Positions 18,481 to 33,105 of a DNA stretch of 64,000 nt are shown piece by piece. Both the position numbers and the translations under genes were made by a program. This stretch comes from an uncultured delta proteobacterium (GTDB lineage Bacteria > Myxococcota_A > Polyangia > Fen-1088): assembly GCA_963737265.1 (NCBI GenBank), contig CAVTRY010000013.1, positions 32,001 to 96,000 on the forward strand, read 5' to 3'. Below the pieces are notes generated by a model. It did no database searches. It worked only from the letters and a program-made list of their open reading frames with translations, and had not been told where the DNA came from. Positions within the stretch are counted from its first letter, which is position 1, and each line of letters opens with the position of its first letter.

Positions 18481-19716
18481 CACGGTTTCCTCTGTGCGGG
18501 AGCCTGCGGTTCGGCGACACGGACTGGCGTGCCTTCGGCGAGAGAGTCGGAGGGATTCAACACCACCCATTCGTCGCCTTTGAGCCCGGCGACAATTTCA
18601 ATTTCCGTTCCGAAGTCCCGGCCCGGCGTAACCGGGATCAGGGAAATAGTCTTCCCGTCTTTTACAACCGCTACTTGCAGGCCCGCGGATTTGAAAATCG
18701 TCGTATTCACGGGAAGCGTAAACGTGTTCACAGGGGAGGGCATTTTGAGATGGACTTCCACGTAGCCTCCCGGTTTGAGCAGGTGCGCGGAATTTTCCAC
18801 ATCCACTTCGGTGAGCAAGGTTCGCGACGTGTTGTCAATCGCTCCGGAGCTCCTGGACGACGGTTCCCTGGAATTTACGGCCGGGGAATTCGGTGAGAAC
18901 CAGGTCCGCGTGCAGCCCCGGCCTGATCTCCGGAGAATTGAGCTGCGGGACGTTGACGTAGACGCGCAAAGGGTTCAAGGCCGCGATGTGAAACAGTTCA
19001 CGCGCCGTTCCGCCGCCGCTGCCGGAATCGATCAGCTGGCCAATGTCGGTATTGCGCGCCGTGATTACGCCGTCAAAGGGAGCGTACACTTTCTCGAACG
19101 ATTGCATGTCCTGCAGCCGCTTCACATTGGCCTGAGCTGATTCGACGGCGCTCCTGCGAGCATCGTAATTTCCCGTGGCGTTGTCGACGTCCTGTTGCGC
19201 GACCGAATCCGTTTTCAGCAATTCCTTGTAGCGGGTGGCCGTGATTTCCGCAAGGCTCATGTTTGCCTGGGCTGTTGTGAGATCGGCCCGCGCCTGCTGC
19301 AATTGCTGGTCTACTTCCGGCGAATCGATTTCGGCAAGGAGTTGTCCGGCTTTCACATTCGCGCCGATATCGGCGTACCACTTTTTCAGATAACCGTTGG
19401 TGCGCGCGAAAATGGGCGCATCGGTATAGGGCTGCATATCGCCGGGGATGACGATTTCCTCTTGAGGCGCCCCTGCCTTGGGATGAACGACGGAAACGGT
19501 CGGGATCGCGAGGTCGCGCGTCTCCAGGGACAGCTGCGCATTGGCCTTGCGGCGGCTCGAGATTCCCCAAATGACGACCATGGCGACGACAACCACGATG
19601 AGCAAGAGCATTACCGTGCGGGTCACCTTGCTGCCGGGAGAAGGTGAACCGCCGTACTGCTCATGCTCGCCGGCCGGCGCGTCCGCGCGGCCCCGCTGAT
19701 TGGTAACAACCTCCAT
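18480..19716 (-). CDS. RND membrane fusion protein, frameshift at ~18850
   Basis: TM anchor, ARTNGYL...GQLLAEID, APFDGVIT; continues as LLTEVDVEN...PGGY in ORF 18480..18818. Confidence 0.9.
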
Positions 19717-19783
19717 CTGATCCTCCGAAATTCGGGTGCGGGCTGTCGCCGCGGCGACGAGCGCGCATGAAAACTGGTCCAGA

Positions 19784-22984
<3,201 letters not shown>

Positions 22985-23267
22985 ACCGTGCTCTTAACTC
23001 CCAGGACTGCCCGCGCCGGGCTTTGCCGACACACGGGCGAAAATCATCGTAAACGCTTCCAGCGATTGCATTATCGGTCCGATTTCCCGCGCATGAAATC
23101 CGGTCTTCGCTGGCGAATCTGAAGTTTATCTACGACTTGCGTTTTCTTTCCCCAACTCGCGACTCCCGAAGGATTTGCCGGGGCGCGCAAACCACACAAT
23201 CTTCAGATGCAAGAGCCCAAAACCGCGTTACAAACTCATTTCCCAGAGTTGTCATCAAGCCTGCCGC

Positions 23268-23948
23268 CTACTCCACAGGGACGCAGCTCGAAAAAATGGA
23301 ATCGAAAAAAATGCCCATCACTTTGCGCACGTCTCCATCGGACAGCGTCTTGGGGTCGAGCAGGTGTTCGAGCAGCAATCCTTGCGAGAGCGCCCCGAGG
23401 CAAGCCGAGGCCGCCGGGTACTCGATGGGAACGGTCTTGCCCAGCGTGCGCATGGTTTCGGCGAACAGCCTTCCCACCGAGGCGCGGATGCGGCGGTGCC
23501 GGCTGCGCAGCCGGGCGTGCGACTCGGGGTGGCGCATGGCGAACAATTTGAATTCCATGGAGATCAGGACCAGGGGGCGGTCCTTGGCGTGTTCGGCGTA
23601 ATGGCTTCGCAGCGCCACGAGTTTTTCGGCGGGATCGGAGTGTCTCCGGACGGCGTCCGTTAGGGATTCGATCCTCTCCCGCACCCACTCCTCGAACAGG
23701 GCAAAGAAGATATCTTCCTTGCTTTTGAAGTTGGCGTAAAAAGCGCCTCGAGTGTATCCGGCGCCCGCCGCAATGTCTTCGAGGCGGGCCGCTTCAAAGC
23801 CGACCTTGGCGAAAATGCGCTTGGCGGCGTCCAGCAATTTCCGGCGGGTGGCCCGGGTGCGTTCGGCCTGGCGGGTGCGGGACGCGACGGGCAGGGAGGC
23901 TCGTCCCCGGCTGGTCTTGCCGCGTGCCGTTAGTGACATGGGCTTCAT
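23268..23948 (-). CDS. TetR/AcrR-family repressor
   Basis: HTH LEDIAAGAGYTRGAFYANFKSKEDIF. Confidence 0.95.
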   Translation of the reverse strand: MKPMSLTARGKTSRGRASLPVASRTRQAERTRATRRKLLDAAKRIFAKVGFEAARLEDIAAGAGYTRGAFYANFKSKEDIFFALFEEWVRERIESLTDAVRRHSDPAEKLVALRSHYAEHAKDRPLVLISMEFKLFAMRHPESHARLRSRHRRIRASVGRLFAETMRTLGKTVPIEYPAASACLGALSQGLLLEHLLDPKTLSDGDVRKVMGIFFDSIFSSCVPVE

Positions 23949-23966
23949 TGCTTCGGCGCGCTTCGC

Positions 23967-23995
23967 TTGACAGGATACATACGTGTATGTATCTT
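23967..23995 (+). promoter_or_regulatory. sigma70 promoter containing a TetR-type palindromic operator
   Basis: TTGACA-17-TATCTT; GATACATAC-GT-GTATGTATC at 23974-23993. Confidence 0.8.
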
Positions 23996-24123
23996 ACTAG
24001 GGCGTGTCCGGCCATGCAAGTCTTAATTGCAAAATCGGACGACCCGCCTTGCCTCCCCCTTGGATCGTGAACTCCGAGCGTTGCGGGCGCGGCTGGTCAA
24101 TCCTGAAGAATCGAGCGGTCTTC

Positions 24124-25524
24124 ATGAGAATTTCGAGGTTTTATTTCGTCCTTCTGATTTTTGGCATTCTCGCTCCCGTGGTCACCGGCCTGGCGCAAAC
24201 GGGGGCTTATCAGGGCAGCGCGAGTTCGGGCCCTCCCTCCGACCAGCCGGTCGCGCTGTCCCTCGATCAGGCCCTGAAGATGGGGCTGCGCTACAACCTG
24301 GGGGGAATTACCGCGGAGCAGTCCTCGGAACGCGCGAAAGGGCAGAACATTGTTGTGCGCAGCGCGCTGTATCCCGATATTTCCGGCGGCCTTCGCGAAA
24401 ACGTGCAACAAATCGATTTGCAGTCCTTTGGTTTCAATTTCAAATTTCCTGCGAGCACGGGGATAAATTTTCCGACCGTTGTGGGCCCGTTCAATTATTT
24501 CGACTTGCGCGCCTTCGTGACGCAGCGCGTCGCCGATGTGAATGCCATTCGCTCCTTCCAATCCTCCCGCGAAGCGCAACGGGCGGCCGAGCTTTCCGCG
24601 ATGGACTCGCGCGAAATCGTGGTCTACGTGGTGACCGCGGCCTATCTCCAGGTGCTTGCCGAATCGGCGCGCGTCGATTCGGCCAGGGTGCAGGTGGATA
24701 GCGCGCAGACGATTTTCCAGCAGGCGTCGGATCGCTTCACGTCGGGCCTGAGCGCGAAAATTGACATGACCAGAAGCCAGGTCGAGCTGCAGACCCAGCA
24801 GCAGCGGCTGACGGCGGAAGAGGCGGATTACGCGAAGCAGAAAATCGCGCTGGCGCGTTTGATCGGATTATCGCCCGCGCAATCTTTCAATTTGACGGAC
24901 AAACTGCCCTACGCGCCGCTCGAAAACATCACACTTGAGCAGGCGCTCACCCTGGCCGCGCAAAACCGCTCCGACCTGAAAGCGGCGGAAGCCCAGGTGC
25001 ACGCCGCCGAATTCACACGCAAAGCGGCCGTGGCCGAGCACTTTCCCACGCTTAATGTTTTGGCGGATTATGGCGTAATTGGCATGAATCCGGCGAATTC
25101 CCACGGGACCTTCGACGTGAGCGCACAGCTCCTGTTTCCCATCTGGGCGGGAGGACACACGCACGGCGACATCGTCGAAGCGGAGGCGACGCTGAAGCAG
25201 CGCCGAGCCGAATACGAAAACACGCGCGCCCGCGTGGAAGCGGACGTACGAAACGCATATCTGGATCTTAACGCGGCGGCGGAGTTGGTGCGCGTCGCGC
25301 AAAGCCGCCGTGACCTGGCGCGGGACGAACTGACCCAGTCGACGGATCGGTTTGCGTCCGGGGTTGCGGATACGGTTGAAGTGACGCAGGCCCAGGAAGT
25401 TGTGGCCAGCGCGGAGTCCGACTACATCGCCAATTTGAATGCCCACAACCTTGCAAAGGCCAGCGTGGCCCGGGCCATCGGCCAGGCCGAAAAAATCATG
25501 CGCGATCTCTTGAGGAGCCAATAA
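24124..25524 (+). CDS. TolC-family outer membrane factor
   Basis: Signal peptide from ATG 24124, OEP repeats, [17 protein letters not shown]. Confidence 0.9.
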   Translation: MRISRFYFVLLIFGILAPVVTGLAQTGAYQGSASSGPPSDQPVALSLDQALKMGLRYNLGGITAEQSSERAKGQNIVVRSALYPDISGGLRENVQQIDLQSFGFNFKFPASTGINFPTVVGPFNYFDLRAFVTQRVADVNAIRSFQSSREAQRAAELSAMDSREIVVYVVTAAYLQVLAESARVDSARVQVDSAQTIFQQASDRFTSGLSAKIDMTRSQVELQTQQQRLTAEEADYAKQKIALARLIGLSPAQSFNLTDKLPYAPLENITLEQALTLAAQNRSDLKAAEAQVHAAEFTRKAAVAEHFPTLNVLADYGVIGMNPANSHGTFDVSAQLLFPIWAGGHTHGDIVEAEATLKQRRAEYENTRARVEADVRNAYLDLNAAAELVRVAQSRRDLARDELTQSTDRFASGVADTVEVTQAQEVVASAESDYIANLNAHNLAKASVARAIGQAEKIMRDLLRSQ

Positions 25525-25526
25525 CC

Positions 25527-26786
25527 ATGGCGGTTGACCAAATACAGCAGTCGAGTGCGTCCCGGCCTGCCGAACCCGCGGGAAAATTCAATGAACCAGG
25601 CGGGCCCGGCAGCAACGCCGAGGGCCGGCGGAAGACGCTCCTGTTTGCGGCCATCATCGGCTGCGTGATTGTCGTGGGCGCGGGTGCTTTCTGGCTGTAT
25701 TCCCGCGGATATGAATCCACCGACGACGCTCAAGTGGACGGGCACCTCAACGGGATCACGGCGAGGATCGATGGCGACGTGCAAGCTGTTCATGTGGAGG
25801 AGAACCAGTCCGTCAAAGCCGGAGACTTGCTCGTGGAGCTGGACCCGCGCGATTACGAAGTTGCCGTCGAGCAGGCGCAGGCGCAGCTGCTGAAAGCGCA
25901 GGCCGGTGAGCGCGCGGAAAATCCGAACCTGCCCATCACGCAGAGCACTTCGCAAACCAGCGTGTCGACGACCAAGTCCGAAGTGGCGAACGCCGAAGCC
26001 GCGGTCGCAGCCGCCGAACGGGACCAGCTGGCCGCGCAGTCTCATGTGCTGGAGGTGGAGGCGAATAACGCCAAAGCCCAGGCCGACGTTGCACGCTACA
26101 AGGCCCTCGTGGACAAAAACGAAGTGTCGCGCATGGAGTACGACCAGGCGGTGGGCGCAGCCAAAGCTTTCGCCGCTTCCGTCGATTCGGCGCGCGCCTC
26201 GGCCGAAGCCGCGCAAAAAGTGGTGGACCAGCGCAAGGCGCAACTTGAGCAGGCTCTTAGCATGATGCGGTCCGCCCAGGTGAATGCCCCCAATCAGGTG
26301 GCAATTTCCCGGGCGAATTTACAATCCAAACAAGCCGACGTGCAAGCCATGAAAGCAGCGCTCGACCGCGCGCAACTCGATCTCAGCTATTGCAAGATCA
26401 TCGCGCCGGTGTCCGGCGTCATCAGCAAGCGCACGGTGGAAGTTGGCGAACACGTCAGCAAGGGCCAGCGCCTGGTCACGCTGGCCGACCTGGGCGATTT
26501 GTGGGTGACGGCCAATTTCAAGGAAAGCCAGTTGAAGCAAATGCACGCCGGCCAGTCGGTGACGATTTCCGTGGACGCCTTCGACCAGGATTTCGACGGA
26601 ATGGTCGAAGCCATGCCCGGCTCGACTGGCTCGGTCACGAGCTTGCTGCCTCCAGAGAACGCCACAGGCAACTACGTGAAGGTTGTCCAGCGCCTCCCCG
26701 TCCGCATCCGCTTCAAGCCCGGCCAGCAAGGCCTGGACCGCCTCCGCCCAGGAATGTCGGTCGTCCCGAAAGTTATGTTGAAGTAG
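25527..26786 (+). CDS. EmrA/HlyD-family adaptor
   Basis: [39 protein letters not shown]. Confidence 0.95.
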   Translation: MAVDQIQQSSASRPAEPAGKFNEPGGPGSNAEGRRKTLLFAAIIGCVIVVGAGAFWLYSRGYESTDDAQVDGHLNGITARIDGDVQAVHVEENQSVKAGDLLVELDPRDYEVAVEQAQAQLLKAQAGERAENPNLPITQSTSQTSVSTTKSEVANAEAAVAAAERDQLAAQSHVLEVEANNAKAQADVARYKALVDKNEVSRMEYDQAVGAAKAFAASVDSARASAEAAQKVVDQRKAQLEQALSMMRSAQVNAPNQVAISRANLQSKQADVQAMKAALDRAQLDLSYCKIIAPVSGVISKRTVEVGEHVSKGQRLVTLADLGDLWVTANFKESQLKQMHAGQSVTISVDAFDQDFDGMVEAMPGSTGSVTSLLPPENATGNYVKVVQRLPVRIRFKPGQQGLDRLRPGMSVVPKVMLK

Positions 26787-26880
26787 CGCACGCTTCAGCT
26801 TGTGCGGGTTTCTTTCTGACCTTGGCAAACACACACGGCGACTCAGTTTTGGTTTATGTAGCGCCCGCCTTCAAGCGGGC
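26783..26880 (+). repeat. Two GTAG REPs inside the emrA-emrB operon
   Basis: GTAGCGCACGCTTCAGCTTGTGCG (includes the adaptor stop TAG) and GTAGCGCCCGCCTTCAAGCGGGC at 26858. Confidence 0.8.
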
Positions 26881-26940
26881 ATTTTGGATTCGAGCGCATG
26901 TCTGTCCGCCACGGCGGACGGGCGCCACCGGAAGAACACT

Positions 26941-28530
26941 GTGACGGACGCATTAGACGCCGCCTGGAAGCCGAAATATAATCCCTGGCTGATCGCCCTG
27001 ACGGTCACGCTGGCCACTTTCATGGAGGTGCTTGATACCTCCATCGCCAACGTCTCCTTGCCTCACATCGCGGGAAACCTCTCCGCCAGCCAGGTGGAAT
27101 CCGCGTGGGTCCTCACAAGCTATCTGGTTTCCAACGCCATTATCCTCCCGATCAGCGCGTGGCTCTCGACCATCATTGGCCGCAAGCGCTTCTATATGTC
27201 GTGCGTCGCGTTGTTCACCGTCAGCAGTTTCTTGTGCGGACTTGCTCCGAGCCTGGGGATGTTGATTTTCTTTCGAATTTTGCAGGGTGTGGGCGGGGGA
27301 GGGTTGCAGCCGAGCGAGCAGGCCATTCTTGCCGACACGTTTCCTGCGTCCAAGCGCGGCATGGCCTTTGCCGTTTATGCCATGGCTGTGGTGCTCGCGC
27401 CGGCAATCGGTCCGACGCTCGGCGGATACATCACGGACAACTACAATTGGCGCTGGATTTTCTACATCAACGTTCCGATCGGGTTGCTGTCGCTGTTCCT
27501 GACCAACCGCATGGTCGAAGACCCGCCGTTTTTGAAACGCGAGCAGGAAAGACGAAGAGGCATTCGCGCCGATTATGTGGGCCTCGGACTGATTACTCTC
27601 GCCATCGCCAGCCTGCAGATCGCGCTCGACAAGGGGCAGGAGTCCGACTGGTTTTCCTCGCGGTGGATTACTTCGCTGGTGATTCTCGCTGCTTATGCGT
27701 TCGTGATCTGGATCGTTTGGGAATGGCATCATCCGAATCCGGTGGTGGATGTCCGCTTGTTTCAGAGGCGCAATTTTGCCACGGCGATGTTTTTCAGTTT
27801 TATAGTGGGGATCGTGCTTTACGGCACCACGTTCATGATTCCGCAATTTTTGCAGGTGCAACTCGGATATCCGGCGGTGGTGGCCGGGGAGGCGCTGGCC
27901 GGGGGCGGCTTCATCATGATCATGGTGTTGCCGTTTGTGGGGACGATGGTCTCGCATGTGGACCCGCGCAAAATGATGGCGTTCGGTTTCGTATCGATTT
28001 CCGCCGCGATGTATTACATGTCGAGCTTATTCAGCCTGACCATGGACTTCCGCGCCGCGTTTTTGATGCGCACACTGCAGATGTTCGGCTTGGCTTTCGT
28101 CTTCGTGCCGCAGAATGTCCTGGCCTATGTGGGAATTCCGCGCGAGAAGAACAACCAGATTTCTTCGATGAACAGCTTCATGCGCAACGTCGGGGGAAGC
28201 ATCGGAATCGCGCTCATCTCGACGTCGATCGCGCGCATCGCCCAGCACCGCCGTTACTCGATGGTCGCGCAAACAACGCCGGGATCGCCGCCGTACGAAG
28301 GCATGGTGTCCGGGCTGACAGAGACTCTCAAAGGAAAAGGATCGGACACGGTCGAAGCCGCGCGCCAGGCTCACGGAATCGTGTCGTTCCTGATCGACAG
28401 GCAGGCGACGACGCTCGCCTACGTCGAGGTGATTTCCATTCTCGCGGTCATCATCCTTTCCCTCGTCCCCTTCCTCCTCATCATGCGGAGAAACAAGCCC
28501 GCGCTCGGCGAGCAGACCGCAATTCACTGA
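26941..28530 (+). CDS. DHA2 (EmrB-type) MFS efflux permease
   Basis: FMEVLDTSIANVSLP, APAIGPTLGG, WRWIFYINVPIG; GTG 26941 preferred because the longer N-terminus is translated REP. Confidence 0.95.
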   Translation: MTDALDAAWKPKYNPWLIALTVTLATFMEVLDTSIANVSLPHIAGNLSASQVESAWVLTSYLVSNAIILPISAWLSTIIGRKRFYMSCVALFTVSSFLCGLAPSLGMLIFFRILQGVGGGGLQPSEQAILADTFPASKRGMAFAVYAMAVVLAPAIGPTLGGYITDNYNWRWIFYINVPIGLLSLFLTNRMVEDPPFLKREQERRRGIRADYVGLGLITLAIASLQIALDKGQESDWFSSRWITSLVILAAYAFVIWIVWEWHHPNPVVDVRLFQRRNFATAMFFSFIVGIVLYGTTFMIPQFLQVQLGYPAVVAGEALAGGGFIMIMVLPFVGTMVSHVDPRKMMAFGFVSISAAMYYMSSLFSLTMDFRAAFLMRTLQMFGLAFVFVPQNVLAYVGIPREKNNQISSMNSFMRNVGGSIGIALISTSIARIAQHRRYSMVAQTTPGSPPYEGMVSGLTETLKGKGSDTVEAARQAHGIVSFLIDRQATTLAYVEVISILAVIILSLVPFLLIMRRNKPALGEQTAIH

Positions 28531-28542
28531 ACCGCAGCCCAA

Positions 28543-28614
28543 GTGGCGCATGCTTTAGCTTGTGAGGTTTGGTCTTTAGCAAGACCAAACCTCACAAGCT
28601 AAAGCATGCGCCAC
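28543..28614. repeat. REPIN, perfect 34-bp hairpin with a 4-nt loop
   Basis: GTGGCGCATGCTTTAGCTTGTGAGGTTTGGTCTT-TAGC-exact reverse complement. Confidence 0.9.
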
Positions 28615-28721
28615 CTGAACCACTCCATCTCGGCTATACTGTCGCGGCCAGCCTAACTTTCTGGCAAATGAATCTGGAATTGGCATCTGTGCTGCCCAAC
28701 GAATTTTGCACGCGACGTTTT

Positions 28722-28796
28722 GTGGCAACGGCGTCTCACCGGCGATTTCGCGATGAGAAGTAACCGCAAAATCCGCCGGCGGGACGCCGGCGCGAC
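28722..28796. repeat. Degenerate REPIN (GTGGCGCCGGCGTCCCGCCGGCG type)
   Basis: GTGGCAACGGCGTCTCACCGGCG ... CGCCGGCGGGACGCCGGCGCGAC. Confidence 0.7.
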
Positions 28797-28823
28797 GAAA
28801 TCTGCGCGAGGACTGGAGTTTGG

Positions 28824-29591
28824 TTGTATCCCTTCATTCACATTGGCCCATTGACGCTCGGCTCGTACGGTCTGATGGTGGCGATCGGCCTGATCTGTGC
28901 GTTCTTCATCTTGCGCGCGGATTTTGCGCGCCGCGGGGTTTCCGCCGACGCCGAGGGGATCATCGGCATTACGGGCCTCTCCGGACTCGTTGGTTCGCGC
29001 CTTTACCATCTGCTGGAAAGTCCCGCCGAATTTTTCGCTGATCCGTGGCCGCAGCTTTTCAGCACGATGGGTTTCGCGTTTGTGGGCGCGATCATCGGCG
29101 GATTCCTCGCCCTCGTGATTTTAGCCAAACGATTCCGATTGCCGGTGCTGCTCATGCTGGATGCGGCCTCCCCGGCGGCGGCCATAGGTTACGGTATCGG
29201 GCGCATCGGCTGCCTGATATCCGGCGACGGCGATTACGGCATTCCCACGTCGCTGCCCTGGGGAATGAGTTTTCCGAACGGCATCGTGCCCACCACGGAA
29301 AAAGTTCACCCCACGCCGATTTACGAATTCCTCGTGGCGATTTTAATTTTCTGGATTCTCTGGCGCCTTGGCTCGCGCGGCTTGAAAACGCACGCGCCGA
29401 ACGGAATTATTTTTGCGGCGTATCTGGTGCTCACCGGAATCGCCCGGTTTCTTGTCGAAATTATCCGGATCAATCCGCGTTCGTTTTACGGCCTCACGAA
29501 CGCGCAGGCGGCGAGCTTGGTTTCAGTTCTTGCGGGTATAGGCTTGTTTGTTTATTGCCGCAAGGCGCCCCGGCAATCGAACCGCGCTTGA
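28824..29591 (+). CDS. lgt: Prolipoprotein diacylglyceryl transferase family protein
   Basis: SYGLM, GAIIGG, GRIGC..GDGDYG, LPW, HPTPIYE, RFLVE. Confidence 0.85.
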   Translation: MYPFIHIGPLTLGSYGLMVAIGLICAFFILRADFARRGVSADAEGIIGITGLSGLVGSRLYHLLESPAEFFADPWPQLFSTMGFAFVGAIIGGFLALVILAKRFRLPVLLMLDAASPAAAIGYGIGRIGCLISGDGDYGIPTSLPWGMSFPNGIVPTTEKVHPTPIYEFLVAILIFWILWRLGSRGLKTHAPNGIIFAAYLVLTGIARFLVEIIRINPRSFYGLTNAQAASLVSVLAGIGLFVYCRKAPRQSNRA

Positions 29592-29620
29592 CGGTTCAGC
29601 CCCGCTCGCTTACCGTCCCA

Positions 29621-29643
29621 GTAGGACAGGCTTCAAGCCTGTC
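29621..29643 (+). repeat. Single REP
   Basis: GTAGGACAGGCTTCAAGCCTGTC, identical to 362-384. Confidence 0.85.
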
Positions 29644-29736
29644 GCTTTTTGGTGGTCGCGAAGACGATCACCCACAGACTGCCCTTCATTTTATGCAGGG
29701 TAAAAAGTCTGTGCTACTTTTTCGGAGACACGCTCA

Positions 29737-30162
29737 ATGCCACGCCCGCTCGGAGTCACGATTCTCGGCGCAGGGATGATTCTCGCCGGGCTGGGATTTG
29801 CGGCCGCGGGAATCATCTTCTTTCTTATGGGGTCAACCGGGGCGACCGCGGCTTCCCCGGGGAACGGCGTCGTGGCGACTCTGTTGATCGCGCTCGGCGC
29901 CGCCGCGGGAATCATTTTTTTGCTCTTCGGGGCGCTGCACGTCATCCTGGCGATTGCAATTTTTAGATTGCGAAATATCGCGCGCGTCCTGACGATTTTT
30001 TTATTCTTGCTGATTGCCGCGGGAGCGTGCCTCGGATTGATCGCCACGCTGGTGAGCTACAGCCATGCCGGCTTGCTGTGGAACGTGTTCATACTCGCGC
30101 TGGATTTGCTGGGGCTATGGTATTTGTTGCGCCCGGCTACCAAGGAAGCTTTCCACGCATAA
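29737..30162 (+). CDS. Hypothetical 4-TM membrane protein
   Basis: RPLGVTIL start, four hydrophobic segments, WYLLRPATKEAF end. Confidence 0.75.
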   Translation: MPRPLGVTILGAGMILAGLGFAAAGIIFFLMGSTGATAASPGNGVVATLLIALGAAAGIIFLLFGALHVILAIAIFRLRNIARVLTIFLFLLIAAGACLGLIATLVSYSHAGLLWNVFILALDLLGLWYLLRPATKEAFHA

Positions 30163-30176
30163 CTTGCGTCCGTCGA

Positions 30177-31703
30177 TTAATTTCCAGCGCCCGCCGCCTT
30201 GCTTGCCGCGACCGGCGGCTTGCCGGAGGCGTCCACCATTTCCACGGAGCCGTATTTCTCCAGCACTGTCTTAATTTTGCTCGCGTCTCCGACCGCCACC
30301 ACCTGCATCGTCGCCGGATTGATGTATTTCTTCGCCACGCGCTGGACGTCGTCCGCCTTAATGGCCACAATCTGCGCGGGATACTTGTCCCAATAATCGG
30401 CGGGGAAGTTATACGCCTTGCGCGTGATGGCATAGCCGATCAGCTGCTGAGGCGATTCGAGCGAGAGCGCAAAACGCGCCACGACCGAGCGGCGGGCCGC
30501 GTCAAGCTCCTCCTCGGGCACCTTTTCGTCGCGAATCCGATTCAATTCGCGAAGAAATTCCGTCATGGCTCCGTCCGTCACTTCCGTGCGCAAGTCGCCG
30601 CCCGCCGTCCACGGCCCGGCATATTTCCGCGCGATTACGTTGCTGTACACGCCGTAGGTGTAGCCCTTTTCCTCGCGCAGATTCAAGAACAGGCGGCTCG
30701 CCGATCCGGCGCCGAGGACTTCATTCAATACCACCAGCGCCGGATAATCCGGATTCGTGCGGTCGATCGCCAGGTTGCCCATCAGCAGCGTGGTTTGCAC
30801 CGATCCGGGGCGGTCAATGAGAAATATTTTTTCCTTGCCGGCGGGCGCGGGTCCCTTGGGGAAATCCACCGGGACTTTCGAACGCTGCCACTCCGCGAGC
30901 CACAGGCGCAGCTTCGGAATAAGCGTTTCCGCATGGACATCGCCTGAAATGGCCAGGATCGTGTTCTGCGGCGCGTAGCGCTTGTCGTGCCACTCCGCGA
31001 GCATCGCCGGCGTCAGGGCATCGAGAGACTCGGGCGTGGCCGAGACGACCGCCGCAGGATAGGTTCCGTACAGGGCGCGGCTCATCGTCTGATTCGCTAA
31101 AAAGCCGGGTTGCGAGCGCTGCTGCAACAGAGCGGACTTTGCGCGGGACTGGTATTGCGCCAGTTCATCGGCGGGAAAACTGGGATGGAGCAGGACGTCC
31201 GCGGTCAGCGCGAACCATTGTTCGAACGTGTCGGACAGTCCCGATGCGCCCACGACGGCTGAGCCGGAACCGAACCCGGCCGACGCGGAAAGCGATGCGC
31301 CCAGGGAATCGATTTGCTCGGCAATTTGCTTGCTCGTGCGCGTCTTCGTCCCGTCGGTCAAGAGACGCGCTGTGGCGCCCGCCAGGCCCGGTTGGCCGGC
31401 TGGTTCGTACATCGGGCCCGCGCCGTTGACGTCGAATTGCACGGTGACGAGCGGAAACCGGTGGTCTTCGAGAATCATCAGGTTGATGCCGTTGGGAAGC
31501 ACGGTTTCGATCGGACGAGGCAGCTTCACCTTCAGGATGTCTTTCGAAACGGGGGCGCGATTCAGCCGCTCGACCTTGCTCGTGGGGATCGACTTGTCAT
31601 GGGCGGCGTCGCCCTGGCTCCAGCCCGTTGCCGCTAATGCGGCCGCCAGAAGTACAGCTGCCGATGCCCGCATGGAAAACGTGAAGCTCACTTTGCGTCT
31701 CAT
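30177..31703 (-). CDS. M16 (pitrilysin) peptidase, non-catalytic subunit
   Basis: LPNG..., GLAGATARLLTDGT (no HxxEH), SRLFLNLREEKGYTY. Confidence 0.9.
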   Translation of the reverse strand: MRRKVSFTFSMRASAAVLLAAALAATGWSQGDAAHDKSIPTSKVERLNRAPVSKDILKVKLPRPIETVLPNGINLMILEDHRFPLVTVQFDVNGAGPMYEPAGQPGLAGATARLLTDGTKTRTSKQIAEQIDSLGASLSASAGFGSGSAVVGASGLSDTFEQWFALTADVLLHPSFPADELAQYQSRAKSALLQQRSQPGFLANQTMSRALYGTYPAAVVSATPESLDALTPAMLAEWHDKRYAPQNTILAISGDVHAETLIPKLRLWLAEWQRSKVPVDFPKGPAPAGKEKIFLIDRPGSVQTTLLMGNLAIDRTNPDYPALVVLNEVLGAGSASRLFLNLREEKGYTYGVYSNVIARKYAGPWTAGGDLRTEVTDGAMTEFLRELNRIRDEKVPEEELDAARRSVVARFALSLESPQQLIGYAITRKAYNFPADYWDKYPAQIVAIKADDVQRVAKKYINPATMQVVAVGDASKIKTVLEKYGSVEMVDASGKPPVAASKAAGAGN

Positions 31704-31746
31704 TGAAATTCCCCTGCGCCCTCACCGGGCGCATTTCTCTTCCCAA

Positions 31747-33105
31747 TTAACGAGCCGGTCCGGCCTGCGCTTGCGCTTTGGATTTGTCAAAACGACGGTT
31801 CTCTCGATTTGCGCCGAGATACTGCCGGGCCACGCGCTGAATATCGGCGGGGGTAATCTCGCTGTATTTTGCGAGAACGGTGTTGATCAGATCGGGATCG
31901 TTGAAGTACACGGCATACCGGCCGATCGTTCGCGCACGGCTCATCGTGCTGGTCATGGACTCGGCCTGCTGCAATCGGTCCTGAATGAGGACCTTCTGCA
32001 TTTCCGCGGGGGTCACGCCATCCGTCTTGACGCGCTCGAATTCCTCGTAGATCAGCTTCTCGACCTCGCCCTCATCCTGTCCCGGCTTGAGCAAAGCAAA
32101 GGCCTGAAACAGAGCCGGGCCGCGCCGGAAGTCAATTCCACCGGCCACTTGCAGAGCCACGGTTTTTTCCTTCACGAGCTTTTGATAGAGGCGCGAGGAT
32201 GGGCCGCCAAACAAAATATCGCCCAGCATGTCCAGCGCGTAGAAATCAGGCGTATTCGCCGGAACTGTTTTGTAGACGATGTCCAGCCGCGGCAGGCGGG
32301 CGAAAGAATCCTCGACCACGGTTCTGCGTTCGGCGGTTTGCGCGGGTTCGGTCATGTCCACGGAGGGAGCGGCGGGCTGGCGCGGGATGTCTTCAAAATA
32401 TTTCTTTATTTTCTCTAGGGTTTCCGCGGATTTGAAATCGCCGACGAGGGCCAGGACGGCATTGTCGGGCGCGTAATACGTCTTGAAAAACCGCGCAACA
32501 TCCTCGACGCTTGCCGCGTTCAAGTCCTCCATCGAGCCCATCGTGGAGTGCTTATAGGCGAAATTGTCGTAGGCCAGATTTTCGAGAATTTCATCCGTCT
32601 TTCCGTAGGGCTGATTATCCATGCGCAGGCGGCGCTCTTCCTGGACGGCGTTGCGCTGGTTATCGAGATTGGCCTGCGTGATTTTCAAGGCGCGCATGCG
32701 GTCGGACTCGAGGAACAGCGCCATGTCCAGCTGGTTGGCCGGCACGCGCTCGTAATAATTGGTCGAGTCATCGTTCGTTGTGCCGTTCACGTCGCCGCCG
32801 TTCACGCGCACGAGGATCAGGTGCTCGCCCTTGCCCACGTTTTGCGAGCCCTGGAACATCATGTGTTCAAAAAGGTGCGCGAATCCGGTGTGGCCCGGCA
32901 GTTCGTTCCGCGATCCGACGTCATAGGTGACGCAAAGCGATACCGTCGGCGCCGCATGGTCTTCCGAGAGCACGACTCGCAAGCCGTTCTTCAGGGTGTA
33001 CTGTTCGATGGGAATTTTTACTTCCTGGGCCGCCGCGATCGTTACCGCCGCGATTCCCAGCGCCAGTGCGAGCCCGGCGATGGAACGCATTCTGAAGCGC
33101 TTCAT
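31747..33105 (-). CDS. M16 peptidase, catalytic subunit (probable indel near ~31800)
   Basis: HLFEH zinc motif, NGTT, VQEERR, YYAPDNA. Confidence 0.95.
   Translation of the reverse strand: MKRFRMRSIAGLALALGIAAVTIAAAQEVKIPIEQYTLKNGLRVVLSEDHAAPTVSLCVTYDVGSRNELPGHTGFAHLFEHMMFQGSQNVGKGEHLILVRVNGGDVNGTTNDDSTNYYERVPANQLDMALFLESDRMRALKITQANLDNQRNAVQEERRLRMDNQPYGKTDEILENLAYDNFAYKHSTMGSMEDLNAASVEDVARFFKTYYAPDNAVLALVGDFKSAETLEKIKKYFEDIPRQPAAPSVDMTEPAQTAERRTVVEDSFARLPRLDIVYKTVPANTPDFYALDMLGDILFGGPSSRLYQKLVKEKTVALQVAGGIDFRRGPALFQAFALLKPGQDEGEVEKLIYEEFERVKTDGVTPAEMQKVLIQDRLQQAESMTSTMSRARTIGRYAVYFNDPDLINTVLAKYSEITPADIQRVARQYLGANRENRRFDKSKAQAQAGPAR

Noticed and set aside
23160-23195. LRAPA on the minus strand upstream of the second RND operon as another arrest peptide
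   Set aside because: Not RAPP or RAPG, no TM or signal segment, and not at an ORF end
26800-26940. Extended N-terminus of the EmrB-type permease
   Set aside because: It is translated REP sequence; GTG 26941 gives a normal start
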